Shown piece by piece: positions 38,287 through 51,791 of a stretch of 64,000 bases of DNA. Source of the DNA: Cystobasidiomycetes sp. EMM_F5 (lineage: Eukaryota); the NCBI GenBank assembly GCA_051047955.1, contig JBPGPT010000008.1, forward strand, positions 62,001-126,000. The letters run 5' to 3'. Below the pieces are notes generated by a model, which was not told where the DNA came from, made no database searches, and saw only the letters and a list, made by a program, of their open reading frames with translations. The stretch's first letter is position 1. Every line of letters starts with the position of its first letter. Made by a program: the position numbers and the translations under genes.

Positions 38287-41200
38287 CTACGCAAATCGAC
38301 TACTGAATCTACCCCAGAATCCTCTCGAGCCTGAAGCGCTGGCCAGCTCGTACCCGTGACGGACGGGATTCGCAACGCCATCGTGCACTGTCTGTATGTG
38401 TACTGAAGACCAACACTGCTTGTCAGCGCGGCCCTGATTTGGGGAGAGTGACAACCTACCCCTCCGCTGGGCACTGGATCTGACAGAATTGCCGTTTCGG
38501 CTCGCTGGCGTAATCTGCCAGTTGATACGATTCCCTCCGTTAACCATTGGCTGTGTCAGAATAAACGGCTTGCGTCTATGGTCGCCGTCAGTCAGCATAG
38601 CCAACTCACATCGTCCATCACTGGCATCCACCGCTCACCTAGCAGGCAATCCTCCCCGTAACCTCAGAATACGACTACCAAAGTCGTCGCTGTAGAGCGG
38701 TAATTCTGTGCGTCTCAGATAGTCACGCCAGGCAGGAAAGCCTAGCGCAGCAGCTCGTGCTTGTATGTCATCACCACTTTCCCGGTGCCGTGATGAACGC
38801 GAGTCGAGCAGAAACTCTGCTAGTTCTTCCACTCGGTCGATGAAGATGAGGAGCGCCTTGCACTCGTCGCGGCTGACGAATGCCGGAAGGCCTCGTTGAG
38901 CACCTTCACGGGACACGACTTCGTACTGCATCAAGTTTCTCACGCGACTCATCAGGTCATCGCCGCGGCTCCAATCCCGCTGCAACATTTGCACCGCAGC
39001 AGAACAGCCGCGTGATGAGTCGAGTCGACCAAGCGCCAAAAACTCTGCAAATGGTTTATGAAAAGGATTCCCCGTTTCCAAGATCGGATGCCGACGTGGT
39101 CGCGCTCCAGGTGTTCTCTGAGTAGAATGCCTGTAGCTTTCATTGTTGGCGTCAACGTTGCCGCGTCTTCTCGCTGACCGTCTGCTGGTGAAGTCACACA
39201 ATCAAAATCATCGCCCAGCGCATTGTAAACCCCGACTCACGGTAGGTTTGTGCTAGAAGACGATGACGAGCTGAATGACGATCTGCTGGATGAGCTGAAA
39301 GATGAGCTGCTGGATGAACTAGACCCGGAGCTTGAACTGGGAGGATGCCGACTGCCATTGCGGGCTGATGTTCTTGGAAACTGTTGTGTTGATATCCTAC
39401 TTTCCTGCATTCGAACGCGTCTTCGGTCTGGAACAGCCGGAAGGCTCGTGTACGCCTCCGCATCCCGCCTGAGCGGCGTACTGAGTGGAACTTGCTGAGA
39501 AAAGTTTGGAAATGGCGCAGCCGTCCTGTCGCGAGCCGGCGGTCTGCTGGGAGTAGGCCTATCGACCGTCGACGGTTGAAGTCCGGCTGTTCCCCCTTCG
39601 GAAGGACGCCGATCAGCGCGAGCTGAGGAAAAATCATGCTGGCATACATCGCGCAGTCTATAGCTGCTGCCGAACTCGTTCGTAAGAAAGTCGTTGACAG
39701 GATCCCGCCCGCGAACGTTAGCGTTGAGGTCACGCCAACGTAGATAGCTTGCAAGACGATCATCTTGCTGGCGACAATGAATGCATCGGGAGGGAGACAT
39801 GTGGTTATCAGCCCGAGAAATACCTATCTGGACTGATCTGCAAGATTGGTCAGAAGATAGCGTGGAGGGACTCCTGGTTTCGCTTACAGGGGCGTCACAT
39901 GTCCGCATCTAAACACGTAACAGTCCGGTGCTGTATGCTCAGACCACCGGTTCAAGCATATACCGCATACGACATTGAGACCGTCCCGGTCACCAAGGAG
40001 GGCTAGCTCTTGGGAGGTCATGCACAGACCCCCGGAAGCATCGCCATTGCGTAGCGCTTGATATCTCCGCCAAGCGGCTTCGACACGAGAATCGCTTGAT
40101 GATGTCGCTGCAGGTCTCCTTCCTCCAGCTTGCTGCCTGTTGACAGTATTGTGTCCAGCAGAGGGACGAGATCTGGACGTGGGATATGTGTCTCCGCTGC
40201 CGAACCTTCGAAGCGATGTCGGTGCCACTGCGCCTATCTCTGCCGGATTCTGAGGACTCATGGTACTACCTGCACGTGATACGATTGGTACTGGGGCACG
40301 CGCAGCCACTCTGCGCGTTGCGGCCAACATGGTCTCACGTTGGATCCGCTGTGATGCCTGATAAGCCGCTTCGTAAACAAGATTTGCACTGTCGGATACA
40401 GGATACGCAGCGAGATCCTCAAATCGTGCGTTGATGTGCTCGCGGTGCAGGCGTGCTTCGGCGCGCAGAGCTTGGCTATTCTCGACATCGGGCGGTACAT
40501 TATTCGTTAATCGATCAAGCTCGTCGCCTGACGGAAAGGAAGCTTGAGTAACGATTCTCAATCAAGAGAAATGCGATGTGCTTACGAAGAGCCTCAATCC
40601 GTATTCGATGTCGGTGAGCCCCGAATAGACTTTCCAGTGAGTTCCTGTGCGAAATACTTCGCTCCCTGTCTGCTGAGACTGCAAATTTAGCGACAAAACT
40701 TACAGGTTATCGAGGAGAATGAGGCTGAACACACCAATCTGCGAAGTACCACTATCCGCGGAGCGCCGTCCCGGAGGATACATCCGCGCAAGTAAGTCAA
40801 CCGGTTCGATTCGACGGCTTGCTGAGTGCAATACCAGCATCAGCACTTTCATCCTCATCAGGCTATATGCTGAGGCTAACCGTTTCCTGCAATGTTCGGT
40901 ATGCGCTCGTAACATACCAAAGTTGGTCGGACGGTGTGGCCGACCTGACCATGGGCAAACGCTGCAAAATCTGCCACCTCGGGACACGGAAGCGGTGCGC
41001 GATCTTGATACTCAAAGAGCCATTGACCATCTCCTTGACGACGAAAGCAGGAATAAGTTCCGGTACTTTGGTCTCCGTTTGCGTATCTTCCTCCGTGGTG
41101 GCACACAATGCCATTGAGGCGATACCTGGTGCTTTGACCCACCGGAGGTCCCTGCGAGAGACCATTCAGGTATGCCAAGGAGAATAAAGCCAAAGCTGAC

Positions 41201-42049
41201 CGTACCAGAAAGCATTCGTTCAAGTCAAGGTCGGCATTGCACTCAAAATGTTCACCGTCGGGCGGAGGCTGCAGGCGGAACATCACCACATCTTGGGCTA
41301 CAGTCAGCCAATTACGAGATTGACGACGTCTCCCGCATGGGTGGCCTTGATCACATGGTGAATCTAGCCTTTGTGGTGTTCTCCAACGAATGAGACAGTC
41401 ATGCACACTGCCTGTTTCGGCTGTGTTCAGTATCGAAGTGTGCTGACTTGTTGGCGAGGCGATGCTGATGTGCGGAATGAACATGGGATCGTTGCTTGAG
41501 TGTAAGCATTCGATCTGAGTGAAGCTTATCCATCCAATCGACGCGGTCCAATTCATATCTGCATGTCTTCGAGCAGCTTGCATAGCTGCCGTTTGCAACA
41601 ATGTCGCCAACGCTTCGGCAGAATCGTGTTCCTGACCGGGTCTAAACTGATCTGGACAGACAAGGTAGTCAGACTTGGGATTCCGGAAGGCTGCAGCACC
41701 AAACCAACCTCGAATGACGTTCTGGGCTATACTCTCTCGCAATTCGATGAATGTTAATCCTTGCCCTCCAAATACATGAAGCGCGTAGCTTGCTAATACA
41801 CATGCTAGACAGCTGTCTAGCGGATGTCAAAGATCTGAAGTCAGCGATTTCAACTATTCACAGTTTCGGATGAGCCTCACCTTGATCGGAACATGGTCTC
41901 TGTCGCTCAGCTCCATCAGCGATGCGATTCATGATTACAGTAGAGTGTACGATCATCCTGAGAGCAGCCGAGAGATAGCATGTATTTGGTGTAGGTCCTG
42001 CATCCCGTCTCCTGTGCCGAGATGTACGCGGGCGAGCATTCTCGGACAT
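38287..42049 (-). CDS. Array copy 3: pseudo-USP + degenerate RING + LRLRGG-containing domain
   Basis: ATG 42049. In-frame junctions read NIAGN|ASRRIE, SQI|VSADR, IEAL|RDELDRL, HVTPL|SVQ, STNLP|RRSARR. Ends ...GFWGRFSSRFA* at 38287. Confidence 0.82.
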
Positions 42050-42945
42050 CCCGACTAGCAGATTGGCTTTTCTTGTATGTTGTTAGTGGGGCAGATCATC
42101 GTCAGCCGGGCCAGCTGTTGACGCTGGGCGTCCAATCGTATATTGACGCCCATCGCCTACGCTGTGCTAAAGCTATACACGGGCCCTGCCTTATTTGAAG
42201 GGAGTTGGGGCTGCACCCGGGGCGTCATATCTAGACGGAGATGATCATGATCTCTTTTGTTGGGTCTCTCGTGTCGTGGGCGGTTCTGTCGATTATACTC
42301 TGCTTCGACTGTCAACCAGCTGTCAGGCATCATTCGCCTACAAGCCATTTGATCAGTCCAGCCCAAATCATCAATGAACCTTGAGTGAAGTCAGGACGTC
42401 AGTGAATGTCAGTCTTGCCCCGCTTTGCGATAGTCTGGTCGTGTCGGTTATTGCTGAGACAATGCCTGAATGATACCGCTGCATGCCAGAGGCGGTACAC
42501 AGCTTGCATCGATTCCGCATGGGCTGCCTGTAAGTGCGTACATGCTCTGTGACCGTATGCTGCTGCTACAGTCTCGTTGCTGAAAGGGCGATTCGAGGGA
42601 AATGTCACTCCGTTGAGCTCATTGTAAGGTGCATGGCATTGTTGCTGGGCTTGCATCTCGCACTTTGGCACAGGCAGTCAAGGATGTCGAAAGCAGTATC
42701 GCATCTGGGTGTGCTCATAGATCCAACTCCGGCTGACCACGGGCAGGTAGGTGAGAGCGTCCACCAGCAACCAGCAAATCACGCTTCACAATGACACTCT
42801 ACAGAGAGAACGGAAAACCAGGGGACTGAAATCCTCAGTCTTAACTAACGTCTAGTCGACAGTACAGTACAGTAACTATTTCTCATAAAAGACAGGCGGA
42901 CTGGCTAGCCATGCGTTCGCTGCGGGGAAGTGCTCGAGCTCTTCC

Positions 42946-45900
42946 GCTACAAGTGACCAAACCATCCCTCGAAGAGCTGACTCGGGGCCTTGGCTCGCTT
43001 GTACTTGTGAAGAACCGGGTTCCGAACGCCTTCGTGAATAGTGCTTATGTTGACTGAGGAGCATGTCAGCTCACGCTGGATGGTCATGCCATGCGACGAA
43101 AGAAACAGACTGACCTTGTCGCGGACCGCGCGACCCAGAGTCAGAGCACGAACGACTCACAGCCTCGATCCGCCAATTGGTGCGGTCCCCATTGTTGGCC
43201 AAGGGCTGCGTCAGTATGAATGGCTTGCGTCTGCGGGCAACATCTGTCAGTACGAAATCCCTCCATCATAACATAGCGCATACCGGCCTGGAACGCCGCC
43301 ACGCAGTCTAAGCATGCGATTGCCATACTCATCGGTGTACAGAGGCAGTTCTGTACGTTTCAAGTATGTTCGCCAAGCGTCGAAATTTAGATCAATGGCG
43401 CGTTGCCGCATGTCCAGACCGCAGTCGCGGTCGCGTTGCGTCCTAGAATTGAGCAGGTAATTTGCCAAATCACCCACCCGGTCGATGAATATGATGAGCG
43501 CCTTGCACTCGTCGCGACACATTAACGAAGGCAATCCTCTTTGAGCACCCTCGCGCGTCACCACCTCGTATCGCAGCAGCTCTCTGACACGACTCATAAG
43601 ATCGCCACGCCAATCCCAATTGCGCTGCAGCATACGCGTTGCAGCAGAACATCTGCGAGATGAATTGAGCGTACCAAGAGCCAGAAATTCGGCGAACGGC
43701 TTCTCAAACGGCTCTTGCGAGTCAAGTACCGGGTGCCGACGCGGTCGCCCTACAGGAACAGTCGGAGCGGTTCGCCTGCCATTGCCAGTAGTAGCGATGT
43801 CGTCCATAGGCCTCCTCGTCGCTCGACTGCCAAAGAGATGCTGTCAGCAACAAGATAGTAAAAAACACTGCTCCCCGACATACGGGGCTGGTGCGCCATA
43901 GGACCTTGATGAGCTGGATGACGAGCTCGAGCCGGAGCTTGGGCTTGAGCTTGGTGTACGCCGACGACTGTCGCGCACTGGACTTGCTAGAGCCGGTTGT
44001 AACGATGCAATGCGATCTCGCGATCGAACAGGTCTTCGATAGCGTTCGTCTGGGAGGTCATGATGTGCTTCAGCATCCCGCGTCAGCGGCGTGCTGCGTA
44101 AAGCCTCATGCGGGGCTCTCGAAGATCGCCTGGAGTTTCTACCGCGAAGATGTGACGGCTGTATGTCGCTGCCCACAACCAACGATTCGGTAAAAGCAGG
44201 CCTTCGGTATCCTTCGGCCATGTCTCCACTTTGCCCGATCAGATCGTCTAATCTTCTGTTCAAGTCACCCCAACTGGCATTCCTCGACGAATGAAGTCCA
44301 GCTATCCCCTGCTCTGAAGCGCGACGACTGGGGCCAGCTAAAACCCTATTGTGCTGACATGCATTCCGATCCCTATACTGACTTCCAAACTGGCTGGTAA
44401 GAAAGTCGTCAAGTGCGTTTCGCTCGCTGTGAGAAGTAGTCCAATTACGCTGTGTGCGCCAACGAATATAGTCTGCGAGACGATTATCTCGTGCACGGCA
44501 GTGTATGCATAGAGACGGTGACATGTGATTTTGGTCAGCGGAGATTCCGATCTGGCCTGATCTGCGAAGACGATGGGCGGCCGCGTCAAGTGGCAGCACT
44601 GCTTCTTTGCAGGATAAACTCACAAGTGAGTTACATGTCCGCAGCTAAAGACGTAACAGTCCGGTGCTGTATGCTCAGACCACCGGTCCAAGCAGATCCC
44701 GCAATGGTCATTCAGACCGTCCCGCTCACCAAGGAGGGCTACCTCTTCTGATGTCATGCACAACTCCCCGGAAGTATCGCCATTGCGTAGTGCTTGATAC
44801 CTTTGCCAAGCAGCTTCAGTTCGAGGGTCATTCGATGGTGTGGGTTCAGATTGCTGCCTGCTGAAAATAGTGCGACCAGCAGAGGGTCGAGATGTGCGAG
44901 CGGGCCTCGTGTTTCCTCTGCCGTGCCGGCGACGCGATGGTGGGTTCGCTGCGCCAGTTTCTGCCGGATCCGGAGCTCTAATAGCGTTCCCTGCATTTAA
45001 TGCATTTGATACTGTAGCTTGCTGTGTACGAGCCTCTGTAGCCGTTCTGTCTCGCGCTGGGGCGTGAACGACATGTTGCAGTCGTTGCAGTGCTCGCGCC
45101 GCATCGTTGTAAGCTTCACGTGTGACCATGTTCGGACCTTCCCATTGTGCGATGAAGGGATTGGCTCCGTCGAGCAAGGCGCGGGTTTCAGCGCTGGGTG
45201 GGTTGCGACGCATGCGAGCGATCTCATCTTGCAAATTCGAGACTTTGAGGACGCCGTCCTGGTATTAGATCTTTGGACTTTATGCATGAGTAATGCGATC
45301 GACATTACTTACTCAGCTGAAATGCTTCGATGAAGTCTGGCGGCCGTGACGATATGTTCATCTGATTGCTGCTGACTGAGATTGCCATGTCAAGATTTGT
45401 GTCATTCCACCAAACAATACCAACTGCGTACACGACGATGGACGATCTTGCGTAGGTTGAGTATCAGCACCTGCTATGCGCTCGTAAGATACCAAAGTTG
45501 GTCGGACGGTGGACCGTATCTGTCCACGAGCAAACGCTGCAAAATCAGCCTCCTCAGGACACGGAACCGGCGGGTAGTCTTGATATTCAAAGAGCCATTG
45601 ATCATCCTCGCGGCGACGAAAGCAGGAATAAGTTCCCGTATCTTGGTCCCCGTGTGTGTATCGTTCTCCGTGATGGCACACAATGCCAGTGAGGCGATAC
45701 GAGGTGCTTTGACCTTCCGGCGGTATCTGCGAAAAAGCGTTCAAATATGCCAAGACGAGCTATGACAATGGTGACCACACCTGAAAGCATTCGCTCAATT
45801 CAATCACGGGATCGCACTCGAAGTGTCGACCAGCGGGCGGAGGCTGCAGGCGGAACATTACCACATCTTGAGCTGCACTCAGCCAATTACGGGATTGGCG

Positions 45901-46600
45901 AGGTCTACCGCATCGGTTGCCTTGATCACATCGGGAGTCTATCCTCTGTGCTACTCTCCAACGAAGGAGGCAGTCACGAACACTGCCCGTTCCGGCTGTG
46001 TTCAGTATCGGTGTTGGCTGACTGAGGGGCGAGCCGTAACGGGTATGCGACAGCCAATCAACATTGCCGCTTTCGTCCACGCATTCGATATTGGTGAAGG
46101 TTCTCCATCCGATCGACGCGGTCCAATCCATGTTTGCATGCGTTCGTACAGCTTGCGCAGCTGCAATTTGCAACAATGTGGCCAACGCTTCGGCAGAATC
46201 GTGTTCCTGACCTGGTCTGAATTGACCTAGACAGACAAGGTAGTCAGACTTGAGAATTGGGAAGACTGTAGCACCGGACCAACGTTGAATGACATTCCGG
46301 GCTATACGTTCTCTCAATTCGATGAATGTCAATCCTGGCACTCCAGATACGTGAAGCGCGTAGCCTGCTAATGCACATGCTAGACAACTGTCTAGCGGAT
46401 GTCAAAGATCTGAAGTCAGCGATTTCAACTATTCACAGCCTCGGATGAGCCTTACTTTGAGCGGAACACGGTTGGTGTTGCGCAGCTCCTGCGGCGATGC
46501 GATCCATGATTACCGTAGAGTGTACGATCATCCTTAGAGCAGCCGAGAGATAGCATGTATTTGGTGTAAGTCCTTCACCTCGCCTGGTGCGCCGAGACAT
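42946..46600 (-). CDS. Array copy 4: pseudo-USP + degenerate RING + LRLRGG-containing domain
   Basis: ATG 46600 MSRRTRRGEGLTPNTCYLSAAL, RMLRLRGGVPGR, ends ...QLFEGWFGHL* at 42946. One linker junction near 45250-45310 needs an AAG acceptor and is less certain. Confidence 0.75.
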
Positions 46601-47222
46601 GTTGATGAGCGGTTTACGCCTGTTTGATCCTCGGAACGCGCAGCGCAACGAGATATTTGATTTCAATGATTGGAGCGGACCCAAGCATTCTCCAGACTGG
46701 ATTGGGAGCATGGGCAGACCCCACCTGCTCATCTGCAATTTGGTATGCTGTGTAGTTTCCATCATTGCTGTGTAGCCTCCATCATTGCTATGCTAGCGGG
46801 TGGGAATCTGGCTCGCTGCCGGGGAACTGGGCATGATCCACCAACAATTGATACACGGCATGTGCACGGAGAGAGTCGACTTGTACAAATGTAAATTGGT
46901 GGAACAGTCCGCGTAAATCAGCTGCACCCCGCGGTGGTGCGCTAAGCCAGTAGATGAGTGTCAGCGTGGGTCAGAGAGGTATGGCATAGCAATATTGTGT
47001 AAATCTAGACTATCAGATTCGCAAACAACGTTGCTTGGATCAGCTTATCGTTAGTTTTAGTTTTGGCTTAGTCTCGCTTTCGTCTCCCAACTAATCTGCA
47101 CCGCTCCATTAGCACTCAGCACTCTCGACATTAGTACACTGCGTCAGCATAACCATCGCCAAATCTCGACACGGCCCTGCATCAGTCTCAAGTCGGCACG
47201 GCGTCAAGCCAATTAGGCCAAT

Positions 47223-48752
47223 ATGAGTGACGCGCAACCACCAAATGATGCACCAGCTGGGTCTGGAAATAACGACAAGGACAAGGACAGCCAGTCTGCG
47301 TCCACGTCTGCCTTGGCTGGAACCTCGACATCTGCGGCTGGAACCAGCGCTGGACCCAGCGATGCCGCCATGGAACCCGTCGAGGACGAGCTCCCAGAGG
47401 ATATCCGGAATGCGAGTGCCGACGACTTGCTGACGAGGGCGAGGATGCTCGATAACGAGATTCGAGTGAGCGCAGTTTTTACTTCTCTCTATCGTTGTGC
47501 GGATGTGCTGATTACGCAAGACGTCCAGATGATGCGCAACGAAAAGATCAGACTGATGCACGAGGAGAACAACATGAAGGAAAAGATAAAGGACAATACG
47601 CAAAAGATAAAGGACAACAAGCAGTTGCCGTACCTTGTCGCCAAAGTCGTAGAGATTCTGGATGTCGACGAGGAGGCGACAGAGCCCGAGGAGGGAGCAA
47701 ACATCGACCTCGACAGTACGCGCAAGGGCAAGTGCGCTGTAGTAAAGACGACCACACGGCAGACTGTCTTCCTTCCGCTCATCGGCTTGGTCGATCCCGC
47801 CAAACTCCGGCCGAACGATCTCGTGGGTGTACAGAAGGACTCGTATCTCGTCCTCGATACCCTGCCCGCCGAGTACGACTCTCGTGTCAAGGCAATGGAG
47901 GTGGACGAACGACCTACAGAGACGTACCAAGATATCGGTGGGCTCGACAAACAGATCGAGGAGCTGGTCGAAGCGATTGTGTACCCTATGAAGTATCCAG
48001 AACGATTCAAGGCGCTCAACATCAAGCCTCCCAAGGGTGCCCTGATGTATGGACCGCCCGGGACAGGCAAAACGTTGCTAGCGAGAGCGTGTGCTGCTCA
48101 AACGAGCGCATGCTACTTGAAGCTAGCTGGACCATCGCTCGTACAGATGTTCATCGGAGATGGCGCAAAGCTCGTTCGCGATGCGTTCGAATTGGCAAAG
48201 GAAAAATCGCCCGCCATCATCTTTATCGACGAAATCGACGCCATCGGCACAAAGCGTTTTGACAGCGACAAGAGCGGAGATAGAGAAGTACAGCGGACAA
48301 TGCTGGAGCTGCTCAATCAACTAGATGGGTTTGGCTCAGACGATCGCATCAAAGTCATTGCAGCTACGAATCGTATCGATATTCTCGACCCGGCTTTACT
48401 GAGATCAGGCAGGTTGGACAGAAAGATTGAGTTTCCACTGCCGACCGAAGATGCGAGAGCGCGAATCATGGAGATACATTCGCGTAAAATGCACGTCTCA
48501 CCACGAGTTAACTTTGAGGAATTAGCGAGGAGTACAGACGAGTTCAACGGCGCACAATTGAAGGCTGTTTGCGTTGAAGCGGGAATGATTGCTCTTCGAG
48601 AAGGCGCATCGATCATAGGTCACGAGCACTTCCTCAGGTGAGCCTCGCGTTGCATGTCCTTCTGCACGGTATCCCTATTGACATGTTCCTCCTTTAGTGG
48701 CGTCCTGGAAGTGCAGTCCCGCAAGAAGAACGATCATTTCTACTATGCGTAA
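47223..48752 (+). CDS. RPT5: 26S proteasome AAA-ATPase subunit Rpt5 (6A)
   Basis: [59 protein letters not shown]. Last exon ends ...KKNDHFYYA*. Confidence 0.98.
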
Positions 48753-49210
48753 TCGCGCATCATTGTCGTTACTCCTCAACTGTGTGTCTGCGTCAGTTTG
48801 CATTGGAATAGTCCATGTATCAGCTAGTCGTCGCTTCAGATGGTCGTATCTTGCCACCAAACAAGCCTTCAAACAGTCATGCTCGCTTTGCAATCCACAA
48901 TGCGTACGGTAGAAGGTGTCTTGACTGTCGATATTGAAAGATATACATCGCTTAAGCGATACAACAAGATGGTAGACTGTGATATGGATTTTAAACTAAT
49001 GCAAAAAAGCTTGAACGATGATAAGCGGAGACGATGAACAAACTAGGCGAGCGGGAATTGCGGAGAGGACTTTATTTTGCTGTGCGACTGGGTTGTAGGC
49101 GGCAAGAAGCGAAAACATTCCGCAGACTTCTGCGGCCACATCGACCAACTAAGTCATGAATGCCTTTGCCCAAACAGATTTGGCAAACGATTTACTCCAG
49201 ACGTTTCTCT

Positions 49211-51136
<1,926 letters not shown>

Positions 51137-51791
51137 TTTCTGCGCCAGCTTGACGGGAGTTAGCCCTCACGGCGGGTGGGGGGGTTTGGGCGAGGATTTG
51201 GAGTTCGAGATTGGAGACGACTGCGGCTTGCCTCTGCGACGACAGGGCCAACGCCAACAACGACGACGATGAGGAGACGAGCAGGGAGAGCAGGGAGAGG
51301 CTGGATGGGCTAGGAGGCAGGACAGTAGTGCTCCCTTGTGTGGGCAACGGAACTGCAGCGCGATGGGCAACCCAAGTGCTCTCACACCGAGGTTGAATGG
51401 GCCGGCAAATCGCACGCCGGCCGGACAGGACTCGGACAAGGGCTCGCTGGATAGCTCGGATACGCTACTCGTGCAGCGTGCAATGCAATGCAATGGAGCC
51501 GTGCCGTGGTGCGCGTGTGAGCCTGCAGAGGTGGAAACTGGCGAAGCGATGGAAAGATATCGACGCAGACTTGGGCAAAGCGAGGCAGAGAAGCAGGATG
51601 CAAAGACTAGCCAGTCCGAAATCATCTGTGCTCGGCTGCATCGTATCGTTGGGTTCGAATTCTAGCCCGACCTGTCGACCAGTCTAGCTCCACAGCTCTT
51701 GACGTAGTCTGCCAGTAGCCTACTTCTGATGTACAAGACTAGAAGAGTCTGCTCGTAAATGCTACCTGCCATGCTACATTACGTCTGAGCA

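Larger units (their letters stand above)
28197..46600 (-). repeat. Tandem array of four paralogous ~4.2-5.3-kb gene units
   Basis: The same ordered motifs recur four times: PNTCYLSA, GQEHD, HHG..GTYSCF, RPTLV.YERI, AWxRYQA, C.IC..CYVF.CGH, PFAEFLALG, RDECK, LRLRGG, RRxPF. Confidence 0.97.

Noticed and set aside
29170..39340. Plus-strand acidic ORFs (DDELNDQLL repeats) and CRISPR-like periodicity
   Set aside because: These are the antisense reading of poly-Ser codons in the array genes, with no repeat-spacer structure.
42050..42945. ORFs and a small imperfect hairpin (about 42125-42152) in the longer spacer between copies 3 and 4
   Set aside because: Not conserved in the other spacers and no coherent gene model.
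28197..46600. Array as a transposon or endogenous virus
   Set aside because: No transposase, reverse transcriptase, helicase, recombinase or capsid motifs, and no terminal repeats seen. The genes carry host-type introns.
28197..46600. Three-gene cassette (USP gene, RING gene, unknown gene) repeated four times
   Set aside because: ORF-ending stops fall inside plausible introns and the parts splice in frame with no room for promoters, so a single fused gene fits better.
47109..48616. Long antisense and alternate-frame ORFs over RPT5
   Set aside because: Shadow ORFs caused by codon bias of a conserved gene.
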